Source of the DNA: Kiritimatiellia bacterium
GTDB taxonomy: Bacteria > Verrucomicrobiota > Kiritimatiellia > RFP12 > UBA1067
DNA: 64,000 bases
Direction of reading: 5' to 3'
Assembly: GCA_017447805.1 (NCBI GenBank)
Contig: JAFSMR010000001.1
Span: 36,371 to 100,370, forward strand
The notes below the pieces were generated by a model. It did no database searches. It was not told the origin of the DNA and saw nothing but the letters and a program-made list of their open reading frames with translations. The position numbers and the translations under genes were made by a program. The stretch's first letter is position 1, and each line of letters opens with the position of its first letter. This document shows, piece after piece, positions 19,029 through 28,659 of the stretch.

Positions 19029-20294
19029 TTAATTTGCCTTCAACAGGAAATTGTTTTTCTTGCCTTGCTTGAGAACGGCGATGCGCCCTTCGATGAGATC
19101 GCCTTCTTCGAAAACGCGATTCGCATCGATCTTGTCGCCGTTCAGCGCAAGCCCGCCTTGCTGCGCCATGCGGCGCGCTTCGCCATTCGATTTGAACATG
19201 CCAGCGCTCGCCGCTACGGCGAACACCGCCTTGCCTAAGATATCGCTCTTCGCCAGAGTTGCGGCTTTTACATCCTTAAAGATTTCCTCGAGCTGGGCGG
19301 CGGATTGTTCCTTGATATTCGCTGCGCCAAAGAGGGTCTTTGTTGCGCCGAGCGCCGTCTTCAAACCTTCCTCGCCGTGCACGAGAAGAGTAAGTTCCTC
19401 TGCGAGCGCCTTTTGCGGAATCCTCTCTTCCGGATGCGCCTTCATCGCTTCTTCGAGAGAAGCGATTTCATCGAGCGATTTCATCGAAAACACTTTCAGA
19501 TAACGAATGACATCGGCATCGGCCGCGCGCAAGAAATATTGATACCAATCATATACGCTCGTCATTTCGGCATTGAGGAAAAGCGCATTGCCTTCGGACT
19601 TCCCGAATTTCTTGCCGGTGGAATCGAGCAAGAGCGGGAATGTCAGCCCCCAAGCCGTCTCGCCGCGCATTCTATGAATCAGGTCCGTTCCGGCGGTGAT
19701 ATTGCCCCACTGGTCGGCGCCGCCGATTTCCATCCGGCAGCCATAATTATCCCAGAGATGCAAGAAGTCGTTGCCTTGCAAAATCTGATAGGAAAATTCT
19801 GTAAATGTAAGCGCGCCTTCGCTTGCTTCCAGCCTCTTCTTCACTGATTCCTTCGCGAGCATCTGCGGCACGCGGAAATTTATCGCGATATCGCGCAAAA
19901 ATTCGATAGCGCTCGTTCCCTTGTACCAATCATAGTTATCGACCATGATTGCCGGGTTGGTGCCGTCGAAATCGAGGATGCGCGATAAGTTTTCGCGAAT
20001 TCCTTCTTTATTCGCCGCGACTTGCTCGACCGTAAGCATGTTGCGCTCCTGGCTCTTGCCGGAAGGGTCGCCGATTAGACCCGTAGCGCCGCCGACGAGC
20101 GCTATAATTTTATGCCCCGCCTGCTGAAAGCGCTTGAGAACAATCATCGAAACAAGGTTGCCAGCCTGCAAGCTGCGTGCGCTTGGATCGAATCCGCAAT
20201 AAACCGTAGTCGGCTTCTCGAGAGCTTTTTCGATTTCAGGGTCGCTTAGCGCCTCGACGAGGCCGCGCGCTTTTAATTCTTCTATAAGTTTCAT
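19029..20294 (-). CDS. tyrS: tyrosine--tRNA ligase
   Basis: HIGH-region GFDPSARSLQAGN, KMSKS-like KFGKSEGN, C-terminal S4 domain. Confidence 0.9.
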   Translation of the reverse strand: MKLIEELKARGLVEALSDPEIEKALEKPTTVYCGFDPSARSLQAGNLVSMIVLKRFQQAGHKIIALVGGATGLIGDPSGKSQERNMLTVEQVAANKEGIRENLSRILDFDGTNPAIMVDNYDWYKGTSAIEFLRDIAINFRVPQMLAKESVKKRLEASEGALTFTEFSYQILQGNDFLHLWDNYGCRMEIGGADQWGNITAGTDLIHRMRGETAWGLTFPLLLDSTGKKFGKSEGNALFLNAEMTSVYDWYQYFLRAADADVIRYLKVFSMKSLDEIASLEEAMKAHPEERIPQKALAEELTLLVHGEEGLKTALGATKTLFGAANIKEQSAAQLEEIFKDVKAATLAKSDILGKAVFAVAASAGMFKSNGEARRMAQQGGLALNGDKIDANRVFEEGDLIEGRIAVLKQGKKNNFLLKAN

Positions 20295-21190
20295 TCGTAG
20301 ATCTTTATGTATGTTTCACGTTTCAAAAGGTCGAGCCAGCGAGAATACAGTTCCTTCGTTTTCGCAGTTCTGATATTCGCTTCGATATCTTCGTATGCCG
20401 CCTTGAAAGATTTCGCCTTTGTGTTGATTTCGGAATCTTTCCTGATAAGGAAACTCCAGCCATCGATATCGACCCAGTCTGAAATAGCGTCTTTTTCGAG
20501 CTTTGCGATCGCCGCGCAAATTTCTTCGCGAAAGATTTCTTCCGGGCGGATATCTTTCCAGAGTCCACCTTCTTTCGCATGGGTATCGGCGGAATATTCG
20601 CGCGCTACATCTGCGAAGGACTGCGTCTTGAGCGCTTCTTCGACAATTGCGCGCTTATCGTCTTCACCCGGCTTCAACAAGATTACGGATACCGAAATCG
20701 TATTGCCTTCCGTATAGCGTTCCGGGTGCGCCTTGTATTCTGCACGCATTTCCGCCGGCGACGCAGTCACATATTTATCGACGACATTCCACTTCATTGC
20801 CGCGACGATGAGGTCATCCTTGATTTTCTGGCGAAATTCCATGTAAGGCAGTTTTTCGCTCGCCAAAGCTGCCATAAGCTTATTGCGGTCGCCGCCAAAC
20901 GCTTCTTCGGTAATTTCACGAATGCGATTATCGACGACCCATTCCTGCATCGTCATTTTCGCATCGCTCGCAGATTTGAGAATAAGCTTGCGTTCGATTA
21001 TGCGATTGAGGACGGCGCGAAAATCTTCTTCGCTCTTCAATCCGGCGCGGCGCATTTCGCTAGCGACTTCGCTGCGCAAAATCGCGGCTTCCCCGACGCG
21101 AGCGACAATTCCATCTATTTCTTGTTCGCCCAAACCCCTGGTTGCGCAAATCAGCGCGGCGCTCAATAACAATAACTTTTGTGCTTTCAT
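20291..21190 (-). CDS. periplasmic SurA-N-domain chaperone-like protein
   Basis: 299 aa with a signal peptide. Helical SurA_N-like region. No obvious PPIase core. Confidence 0.45.
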   Translation of the reverse strand: MKAQKLLLLSAALICATRGLGEQEIDGIVARVGEAAILRSEVASEMRRAGLKSEEDFRAVLNRIIERKLILKSASDAKMTMQEWVVDNRIREITEEAFGGDRNKLMAALASEKLPYMEFRQKIKDDLIVAAMKWNVVDKYVTASPAEMRAEYKAHPERYTEGNTISVSVILLKPGEDDKRAIVEEALKTQSFADVAREYSADTHAKEGGLWKDIRPEEIFREEICAAIAKLEKDAISDWVDIDGWSFLIRKDSEINTKAKSFKAAYEDIEANIRTAKTKELYSRWLDLLKRETYIKIYE

Positions 21191-21217
21191 GATTTATTCC
21201 TTGAAATTGATTTTACT

Positions 21218-22504
21218 TTAGAGTAGCGCCGCAATCGCCGCGCCGACCATCGGCGCATCTTCAATTTGCGGCGTTAGTTCATAATGGATATTTCTGCGCT
21301 TTACCAAAATCTCATCTAGCAATTTCTTTACCGTATCGGCGAACGGAATCGCGCGAGTCTTGTAATAAGTAGATCCATCCGGATTAATCGCGATGGGAGA
21401 ATTCGTATCGAATCCTTCGCCTGATTTAATCGCGAACGCAGCCAAATGAAGCGCCGTCAAAAGGGCGGCGCGCTCGAAAATCGGAACGCCCAAACGGCGC
21501 GCAAGCTGCGCATCATCCGGCTCCGAGAATATTGTATCTAGCGGATTTTCGCGTCCTTCCTTCTTGAACGAAGCGCAGAAATTATCGAAATCCATCGTCT
21601 CGAGTTTGCCAAGCCCTCCTAGCGCGGCGCTCGCTTTCTTCGAGAACAGCCCTTCCTTCGCCGCCATGCGATATACCTCTAGACCTATCGCGCCGAGATA
21701 TGCGCCGGCAATCATCTTTTCGAGAAGGCCATTGCCCGGCTGCACGCTCTTTTGGTCGACGAGCTTATCGAAGTCGCTCATCGGCACCTTTGAGAAATTG
21801 CCGGATTCCGCGTTTATGATCATCGTGCCGGTGCCGCGCGCCTCGCCAAGCTTCGTTATATTTTCGCACTTCTCCACATACGCGCAATTCGTGCCGGTGC
21901 CGAGGATAAAGCCGACATACGCAGAATAATTCTTATCGCCTTCCGTCGCCTTTGCCGCGAGGAGCGTTGCTACAGTATCGTTGACAATTGCGATTTTGCC
22001 ACCGCCCAAGCGCTTTAGAAGCTCCTTGCCTACATACTGGTCGATAATCGCCGGCGCCTTGATGTTTTTCGACCACCTGACGAGCTTCGCATCAAGTTCT
22101 TGCGTCGCCTCGGCAGGATACGAAAAGCACCAGCCGATCTTTTCTGCGCTCGCGTGGGGTTTTAGACGGCGCACCTCGGATGCGAATGCTTCGTAAAATT
22201 CCTCCTCGCCAACCTCTTTCGACGTTCCTGGCATCGGACGATTCTCGCGAAATTCGATTTTCGGCGGAATTTCCACAATCGCGCCGCGGAAATTCGTTCC
22301 GCCGGCATCGAGGACGACGACTTTTTCGCCCTCCTTTATCTTGGAGGATGGCGATACGAAAGTCGGCACCATCATCAGCGATGAATCATCGCCATTAAGC
22401 CCCTTCTCCATTTCGCAGAGCATTTCACGCAAGAAAAGCGGTCTATCGATATCTTCTGCAGATACAAAACCGTGGTCTTTAAGGAAGTCTTCTGGGGTCT
22501 TCAT
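21218..22504 (-). CDS. hexokinase family sugar kinase
   Basis: 428 aa with the N-terminal hexokinase signature (LMMVPTFV...EGEKVVVLDAGGTNFR), sugar-binding and C-terminal ATP-binding regions. Confidence 0.8.
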   Translation of the reverse strand: MKTPEDFLKDHGFVSAEDIDRPLFLREMLCEMEKGLNGDDSSLMMVPTFVSPSSKIKEGEKVVVLDAGGTNFRGAIVEIPPKIEFRENRPMPGTSKEVGEEEFYEAFASEVRRLKPHASAEKIGWCFSYPAEATQELDAKLVRWSKNIKAPAIIDQYVGKELLKRLGGGKIAIVNDTVATLLAAKATEGDKNYSAYVGFILGTGTNCAYVEKCENITKLGEARGTGTMIINAESGNFSKVPMSDFDKLVDQKSVQPGNGLLEKMIAGAYLGAIGLEVYRMAAKEGLFSKKASAALGGLGKLETMDFDNFCASFKKEGRENPLDTIFSEPDDAQLARRLGVPIFERAALLTALHLAAFAIKSGEGFDTNSPIAINPDGSTYYKTRAIPFADTVKKLLDEILVKRRNIHYELTPQIEDAPMVGAAIAALL

Positions 22505-23321
22505 TGAGAAGTCCTTTCGTTAGCTGTTTCCATTCTTCAATACTTAGCGCCTCCGGGCGCTTAGTCGAAGAAACTAAATTCTTGAATATACTGGCGAGTT
22601 GCTTTCTGCGGTGCGCGAAAGCCGTCTTCACTAGCCGCCTGAAAAGCGCACGCTCGTTCTCGCCGAAATCGGCGTTTCTATCATGCCGCGTGAGTTTCGC
22701 GACCGCAGAATCGATTTCAGGCCTCGGCCAAAAGCAACTCGCCGAAACTTTCCTGACGATTTCGACATCGTAATCTAGTTGCGCGAAGACGCCTGCGAGC
22801 GAGCGAGCGCGAGAACCTTGCGGCGCGGCAAGCCGCTCGGCGACTTCCTTTTGCAACAAAACCGTCATCTCGCGCATCTCCCGGGTCTCGACCAAATCGA
22901 GGAGTATGCGCGTGCCGGCCTGATATGGCAGGTTGCTTACGAATATTTCGGCGCCTCGCAGGGCTTCATCATCGCGCGCGAGGATATCGAGCGCATCGCC
23001 CTCGATACAAACGAGTCTGGCGCGCGCCTCCTCGGTTTCGGCCACGCGCGAGGCCAAGCCTTCGGCCAAATAGGGGTCTTTTTCTATCGCTATTACCCGC
23101 CGCCCCCTATTCAGCAACGCTTCGGTAAGAACGCCAAGCCCTGGGCCAACTTCCAGGATTATGTCGTCTTCGCGCGCTCCTGAAAGCCCAGTATCGACTA
23201 TTGCCTCGACTATGTTGCGGTCGACGAGAAAGTTTTGCCCGAGTATTTTGTTCGGATGAAACTGCCTCTCTATGCACCACGCCTTGACCTGACTTGGACT
23301 AGTTAGGTTCATTTGCCCCAT
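22479..23321 (-). CDS. rsmA: 16S rRNA (adenine1518-N6/adenine1519-N6)-dimethyltransferase RsmA/KsgA
   Basis: LGQNFLVDRNIVEAIV...ILEVGPGLGVLTEAL. Start set at the internal ATG (MGQMNLTSP) because the longer ORF start at 23444 lies inside the divergent promoter region. Confidence 0.8.
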   Translation of the reverse strand: MGQMNLTSPSQVKAWCIERQFHPNKILGQNFLVDRNIVEAIVDTGLSGAREDDIILEVGPGLGVLTEALLNRGRRVIAIEKDPYLAEGLASRVAETEEARARLVCIEGDALDILARDDEALRGAEIFVSNLPYQAGTRILLDLVETREMREMTVLLQKEVAERLAAPQGSRARSLAGVFAQLDYDVEIVRKVSASCFWPRPEIDSAVAKLTRHDRNADFGENERALFRRLVKTAFAHRRKQLASIFKNLVSSTKRPEALSIEEWKQLTKGLLNEDPRRLP

Positions 23322-23380
23322 ATTATACCAAAATTTCGGGTCCTCGTGGGCGGAAATTTGAAAAAGTATTAAATACCCTA

Positions 23381-23410
23381 TTGCACCGGGTGGGCAAAAA
23401 ATGGTATAAT
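23381..23410 (+). promoter_or_regulatory. sigma70 promoter (TTGCAC, 18-bp spacer, extended -10 TGgTATAAT)
   Basis: ttgcaccgggtgggcaaaaaatggtataat, 13 nt upstream of the PAS gene ATG. Confidence 0.5.
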
Positions 23411-23422
23411 AGTGGTCAAGAT

Positions 23423-24145
23423 ATGGCACCATTATTCGTACCAAAAGATAGGAAGTCGCTATTCCGCCAGTTTTTGGCCGGAATGTATGATGCTGTTGTG
23501 ATAACAGACCCTAATGGGCACATCCTCGAAAGCAATCCTCGCGCCGAGGAACACTTCGGCTATACTCAGGATGAAACGCTCGATAGGCCAATCTCGATGC
23601 TGATTCCTGGTCTATCGCCAGAAATCGTGCAGAGAATCCGCCGCGGTCTGGATGAAGATCGCCACATGATGCTTGATGCCAACGGGCTGAACAAGTCTGG
23701 TTCGAAGTTTGCCTGTGAAGTAACTGTTTCTGTAATCGACCTGATGGACCCCGGCGACCTCGTCTTTACCGTGCGCAATGTCGAAAAGCGCCGCAAAGTA
23801 CGCGATACGCTCCGCGCGAAGGAAAGCGCATTCGAAATTTCCCCCTGCGCGCTCTTTTCGTGCGACCCCGATGGACGCTTCACGAACGTCAACGCCTCAT
23901 TCCTCGAAATGTTCTCGCTTGCCGATGAAGAAGAGGCCAAGAGCAAATTTTTCGCCGACCTCATGGACGATGAGCCCCTGCCGCAGAATTTCAAGAAGGC
24001 GCTGGAAGGCGAGACGAGCACCATCGGTATCGTCGCGGAGACCGATTCCGATGATGGCAACCAAGGCGAAATCGAAATCACCCTCGCGCCAAATCGCATT
24101 GGGCGCAAGATTCGCGGCGTCGTCGGCAGCGTAAACAAGGTCTAG
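23423..24145 (+). CDS. tandem PAS-domain protein
   Basis: Two PAS-like repeats (AVVITDPNGHILESNPRAEEHFGYTQDE... and CALFSCDPDGRFTNVNASFLEMFS...). Confidence 0.6.
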   Translation: MAPLFVPKDRKSLFRQFLAGMYDAVVITDPNGHILESNPRAEEHFGYTQDETLDRPISMLIPGLSPEIVQRIRRGLDEDRHMMLDANGLNKSGSKFACEVTVSVIDLMDPGDLVFTVRNVEKRRKVRDTLRAKESAFEISPCALFSCDPDGRFTNVNASFLEMFSLADEEEAKSKFFADLMDDEPLPQNFKKALEGETSTIGIVAETDSDDGNQGEIEITLAPNRIGRKIRGVVGSVNKV

Positions 24146-24161
24146 AACCCGAAAGTTCATC

Positions 24162-25139
24162 ATGCGCGCGGCTCCTCGGCACTCTGCAGGCATTCTTGAT
24201 CTAACTGTTGGAAGGGAAGATAAGAAGCTTCTTCAAGATTTTCTCGCCGATTCTCTTAAACTATCGCGCCGCAGCGCAAAGGCAATAATCGATGGACGCC
24301 ATGTGTGGGTGCAAAAGAAATGCGTATGGATCGCCCGTTTCGAATTGAAGACCGGTGATAAAATCGAAATTCCTTCACATGTGGTAAAGGCTGCCAAAGC
24401 CCAAAGCAAAACCCCCGTAAGAAATGATAGCGAGGTAAAGCAGGAAAAGCGCCACATTAGAGTTCTTTGGCAAGATGAAAACTACCTCGTTTGCGATAAA
24501 CCTTCGGGGCTAGTCAGCTGCGACGACCCTAAAAGCGTGGAATCGCTCTTGAGAGTTCAAGAAAACCAGCCTAATCTCGAAGCTGTCCATCGTCTCGATC
24601 GCGATACGACCGGCTGCCTGATGTTCGCCAAGCGCCATGCCGGGCTTGAAAAAGCGATTGAAATCTTTAAAACCCATAAAGTCCAAAAGACATATCACGC
24701 GATCGTCGCCAGCGTCTTCAAATTCGCCCATACTAGAATAAATTCGCCGCTAGATGGTCAAAACGCCCTATCTGATGTAGCGCGCGAAGCAGTAGGTGAA
24801 GATGCCTCGCTCTTAAGGGTAAAGATCGAGACGGGCCGCACGAATCAGATTCGCCGACATCTGGCATCGATTCGCGCGCCGATTTTAGGCGATAGGGTAT
24901 TCGGAATGAAGTCTGCGCGCGATCCTCGTCTTATGCAGGTGCCGCGTCAAATGTTGCACGCTTCTACCCTATCGATGCCTAATCCCATGGGCCAAAAGGG
25001 AGATGCTATATCTGTTCATGCCCCCTTGCCAGCGGATTTTCGCGCCGCGCTTAGACTTTTCGGCATGGCGAAAAATGATAGAAAACCACGAAATCCCTCC
25101 AAAAAGCCCCAATTAAAAGAAAAGCGCGGGAAATTTTAA
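24162..25139 (+). CDS. RluA-family pseudouridine synthase with N-terminal S4 domain
   Basis: HRLDRDTTGCLMFAKR catalytic-Asp motif. Confidence 0.8.
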   Translation: MRAAPRHSAGILDLTVGREDKKLLQDFLADSLKLSRRSAKAIIDGRHVWVQKKCVWIARFELKTGDKIEIPSHVVKAAKAQSKTPVRNDSEVKQEKRHIRVLWQDENYLVCDKPSGLVSCDDPKSVESLLRVQENQPNLEAVHRLDRDTTGCLMFAKRHAGLEKAIEIFKTHKVQKTYHAIVASVFKFAHTRINSPLDGQNALSDVAREAVGEDASLLRVKIETGRTNQIRRHLASIRAPILGDRVFGMKSARDPRLMQVPRQMLHASTLSMPNPMGQKGDAISVHAPLPADFRAALRLFGMAKNDRKPRNPSKKPQLKEKRGKF

Positions 25140-25214
25140 AAATTTTTGTCAGAAATAGCTTTTTATTTCTCCTAACTCTGCGTAAGCAACATAGAAGATG
25201 AAAGGAGCAAGAAA

Positions 25215-25658
25215 ATGAACAAGAAATTACTAGTATTGGTCGCGGTGGCAGCTGTGAGCATCGGAGCATTCGCGCGGCCTCATGGTGGTGGACACCATGG
25301 CGGGCCTAGAGGCGGACATCACTCCGCGCCTGCCATGCACCACGGCGGACCTCGTCATCACGGCGGCGGACATCATCACGGTCATCACGGCTACAGCTGG
25401 GGACATGGCGGCAGAAACTTCTGGCCCGGTTTCATCGGCGGCGCAGTAGGCGCTCTCGTTTATGACGCCGTTACGACCCCTTCTCCCGTTGTAGTTACAA
25501 CCCCCATAGTTACTACGCCTGTCGTCACTACCCCCATCGTCACCACTCAGAACATTTGGGTGGAAGGTCGCTATGTAGATCAGGTTCAGCCCAACGGCGT
25601 AATCATTCGCGTTTGGCAACCAGGTCACTACGAACAGCGAACTGTTTATGTGCAGTAA
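25215..25658 (+). CDS. secreted His/Gly-rich protein with TTP(I/V)V repeats
   Basis: Signal peptide MNKKLLVLVAVAAVSIGAFA. 21 His in about 60 aa (HGGGHHGGPRGGHH...HHGGGHHHGHHG). Then (VV)TTP(I/V)VTTP x4. Confidence 0.6.
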   Translation: MNKKLLVLVAVAAVSIGAFARPHGGGHHGGPRGGHHSAPAMHHGGPRHHGGGHHHGHHGYSWGHGGRNFWPGFIGGAVGALVYDAVTTPSPVVVTTPIVTTPVVTTPIVTTQNIWVEGRYVDQVQPNGVIIRVWQPGHYEQRTVYVQ

Positions 25659-25661
25659 CAA

Positions 25662-26726
25662 CTAGACTAGTTCGACTAAAATAGAATCGCAAACTTCGAC
25701 TCCGCGATTCGTGAGCCGATAAAAAGGCGCGGCGCCTTCGAGAAGCCCGACTTCGACGAAGGCGTCGAGTTTTTCTTTCCACTGCGGAAAATTTGTTATA
25801 TCCAGCCCTTCGCGCGTGCGAAGAGCGAATATCGCGCGCTCTTTCATATCTTCCTCGGCGCTTAAAATCTCTACCTGCACGCCATCGCTCGTTCTCGCGA
25901 GCCCAACTCTACCCTTTGCGCCTGTTCCCAGCCCTATGTAATCTTCGCCGCGCCAAACGGACATATTATAGCGGCATTCGCGCCCTTTTTTCGCCCAATT
26001 CGATATTTCATAGCGCCCAAGCCCCATCTCGCCCAATAATTTCGATATCTCGCCAATTTCATCTAAGACTTCATCATCGCCCGGCAAAACGAGCTTTCCT
26101 TCAGCGACTGATTTCGAAAGGATTGTCTTTTCCTCTAAAATCAGCGAATATACCGAACAATGCTCTAGTCCCCAGCCGGAAAGCGTTTCCAGCGACTTCG
26201 CCCTATCCTTTAGCCCTGGATAGCCAATTATCAAATCGATTCCTGCATTTTCGAAATATTTCTTTACTAGCTGAAAGGCTCTTGCGGCGTCAAGCGCAGT
26301 ATAACCTCGGCCCATTGCCGCAAGCGTTGCATCATCAAGCGATTGCACACCCATCGATATTCTGTTTACCCCGCCATCCACTAGACGCTTTAGCAATTCT
26401 TCGTCGACATCTAGTGGATGTAATTCTACAGAAAACTCGGCTCCCGGCGCGAGTCTATCCTTGAGAACGGCAAAAAGCGGCTGCAAATCACATAGACACG
26501 GCGTGCCGCCGCCAAAATATATCGTCTTGAAAATGCCGCTATTTTCTTCTTTCTCCAATTCCTTGATGAGCCTCGTGACATATTGCACTCTCTTTTCTTC
26601 GCTTTGGCCAGCACGCGAATATAGCGCGCAATATGTGCACTTCCTTCGGCAAAAAGGGAAATGTATATAAAGATTCTTCAGCGGAAATACTTCTTTAGCT
26701 CTTTTACCTTGTCGGTTTTCTCCCAC
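25662..26726 (-). CDS. hemW: radical SAM family heme chaperone HemW
   Basis: LYIHFPFCRRKCTYCA, HemN-like without the C-terminal catalytic extension. The annotated start overlaps metK by 49 bp, so the true start is probably an internal codon. Confidence 0.75.
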   Translation of the reverse strand: MGENRQGKRAKEVFPLKNLYIHFPFCRRKCTYCALYSRAGQSEEKRVQYVTRLIKELEKEENSGIFKTIYFGGGTPCLCDLQPLFAVLKDRLAPGAEFSVELHPLDVDEELLKRLVDGGVNRISMGVQSLDDATLAAMGRGYTALDAARAFQLVKKYFENAGIDLIIGYPGLKDRAKSLETLSGWGLEHCSVYSLILEEKTILSKSVAEGKLVLPGDDEVLDEIGEISKLLGEMGLGRYEISNWAKKGRECRYNMSVWRGEDYIGLGTGAKGRVGLARTSDGVQVEILSAEEDMKERAIFALRTREGLDITNFPQWKEKLDAFVEVGLLEGAAPFYRLTNRGVEVCDSILVELV

Positions 26727-27871
26727 GGGAAATTTTCACGCCCGAAGTGTCCATAGGCCGCAGTTTCTTCATAACTCCAGCCCTTTGGCTTTTCGAGCGC
26801 GAGGTCTTTCGTGAGCGCATAGGGGCGAAAATCGAATATTTCACCCGACGAGAGCATTTTTTCCAGTTCTTCGTTGCTCACGCCATTCGCCGTAGAAAAC
26901 GTCTTTACGCAGAAACTCACGGGTTTATCTATTCCAATAGCGTAAGCTACCTGGATTTGGCAACGCTCCGCGAGACCCGCCGCAACGATATTCTTCGCGG
27001 CATATCTCGCATAATATGCCGCAGAGCGGTCTACTTTCGAGGGGTCCTTGCCGGAAAAAGCTCCGCCGCCATGCGACGCCATGCCGCCGTAGGTATCGAC
27101 GATAATTTTGCGTCCTGTCAAACCGGAATCGCCGCAAGGTCCGCCGATTACAAATTTGCCTGTCGGGTTGACGAGGAATTTCGTCTTTTTGGTAATCAAC
27201 CCCGTTGGAGCCAAAAATTCCTTCGCGGTCTCTGCAAGGAGCTTGTAATTGGCCTTTTTCGCGCCCTTGGCGGTAGTCTGATGCGATAACACGACCGTAT
27301 CGATGGCGATAGGTTTGCCGTTTTCATACACTGCCGAAATCTGGCTTTTCGCATCTGGTCTAAGCCAGCCTAGCTCGCCTGAGCGACGCTTCTCGCTGAA
27401 CATCCTCAACAATGCATGCGAATAGACAATCGGCGCGGGCATAAACTGCGGCGTCTCGCGCGTCGCATAGCCAAACATCATCCCTTGGTCGCCGGCACCC
27501 TGACTTTCAGGCGCCGCGCGGTCTACTCCGCGCGATATATCTGCCGATTGCGAATGAAGCCAATTGAAATATTGAAAATTCTTTGCCGCAAAATGCTCTT
27601 CTTCGCTCGTGTAGCCAATTCTTTCCACTACCCGGCGCGCAATCTTTTCAGTATCGATTTCTTTCAATACTTCGGCCGTAATTTCACCCATATTCACTAC
27701 TACATCCGGCCCGACCATAGTTTCGCAAGCAACTCGCGCTTTAGGCTCGATTTTCAGGCACGCGTCAAGCACCGCATCGGATATCTGATCTGCCACTTTA
27801 TCGGGGTGCCCTTCCGATACTGATTCGGACGTAAATACATGGCGATGCGCCAAAACTTTATTCTCTTTCAT
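26678..27871 (-). CDS. metK: S-adenosylmethionine synthetase (host copy)
   Basis: GHPDKVADQISDAVLDA, GAGDQGMMFGYA, GGGAFSGKDPSKVDRSAAYYARY. Confidence 0.9.
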   Translation of the reverse strand: MKENKVLAHRHVFTSESVSEGHPDKVADQISDAVLDACLKIEPKARVACETMVGPDVVVNMGEITAEVLKEIDTEKIARRVVERIGYTSEEEHFAAKNFQYFNWLHSQSADISRGVDRAAPESQGAGDQGMMFGYATRETPQFMPAPIVYSHALLRMFSEKRRSGELGWLRPDAKSQISAVYENGKPIAIDTVVLSHQTTAKGAKKANYKLLAETAKEFLAPTGLITKKTKFLVNPTGKFVIGGPCGDSGLTGRKIIVDTYGGMASHGGGAFSGKDPSKVDRSAAYYARYAAKNIVAAGLAERCQIQVAYAIGIDKPVSFCVKTFSTANGVSNEELEKMLSSGEIFDFRPYALTKDLALEKPKGWSYEETAAYGHFGRENFPWEKTDKVKELKKYFR

Positions 27872-28012
27872 AATTCATTCCCTGTAAGTCACCAGCACTT
27901 ATCGCGAAACAGCTCGCCCATTTCGCCACAGACTGAAATGATTGGCCACTATTATACCACATCTCGCCCCCGCTTTCAATGGGGAATCTCGATTTATTGC
28001 ATCAAGAGGTGT

Positions 28013-28447
28013 TTATTTGCGCGCATCGAGTTTGAAGCCGAGGGCGGTGAAGATTGCGACTTCTTTGCCAAGCTCGTCTACGATATCGACGATTGCGACG
28101 GCCGAAGAGCGTCCGTCTTTGCGATATTGGGCTTTTGCAATCAGCTTTTTGCCCTTTGGCTGTGAGAGGTAGTTGATCGATACTTGCTGGGCGACGGTAA
28201 CATGTTTTTCATCGTTCGTGAGCGCTGCAAACGCAAAATCCGCGAGCGTAAAAATCGCGCCGCCCATAACGCCGCCCCACGCATTTTTATGGCGGGGGCC
28301 TATCATCATGCTCGCGACGGCGCGATCGGGCCCGACTTCGTCTAGGATAATGCCGTTTTCCGTAGCGAATTTATCTTGCGAAAAATATGCTCTCGCTTGC
28401 TCCAAAGAATTGAATAAACCCATACATTCTCCAATATTTACGCGCAA
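28013..28447 (-). CDS. PaaI/4HBT-family hotdog thioesterase
   Basis: 144-aa hotdog fold (GGAIFTLADFAFA). Confidence 0.7.
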   Translation of the reverse strand: MRVNIGECMGLFNSLEQARAYFSQDKFATENGIILDEVGPDRAVASMMIGPRHKNAWGGVMGGAIFTLADFAFAALTNDEKHVTVAQQVSINYLSQPKGKKLIAKAQYRKDGRSSAVAIVDIVDELGKEVAIFTALGFKLDARK

Positions 28448-28528
28448 TATTGTATCAAATTTCGCTTTCGGCGGCTAGGGGGAATTTAAATATAAAATTA
28501 TTGGACTCGAGGAATTTTTCGCGGGTTA

Positions 28529-28558
28529 TTGACGGAAGGCGGCAATGTATGGTATACT
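28529..28558 (+). promoter_or_regulatory. sigma70 promoter of the polyamine cluster (TTGACG, 18-bp spacer, TGgTATACT)
   Basis: ttgacggaaggcggcaatgtatggtatact. The in-frame ATG at 28549 lies inside the -10 element and cannot be the start. Confidence 0.5.
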
Positions 28559-28659
28559 TTACCCTTGTTCGTTCCGGACTGGTCGATTATCCGCCTGTGA
28601 GTGCATGTGCTGGATATCGCGGCCCTACGGAAAAACCGTTCTCGAGAGGATTGGAAAAA

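Noticed and set aside
28450-28659. Longer speA start options (TTG at 28450 from the ORF track; in-frame ATG at 28549)
   Set aside because: The ATG at 28549 sits inside the predicted -10 hexamer. The TTG at 28450 is upstream of the promoter and abuts the divergent paaI start. The downstream TTG at 28660 has a GAGAGGA RBS and gives the N-terminal length seen in Bacillus SpeA. This is still uncertain.
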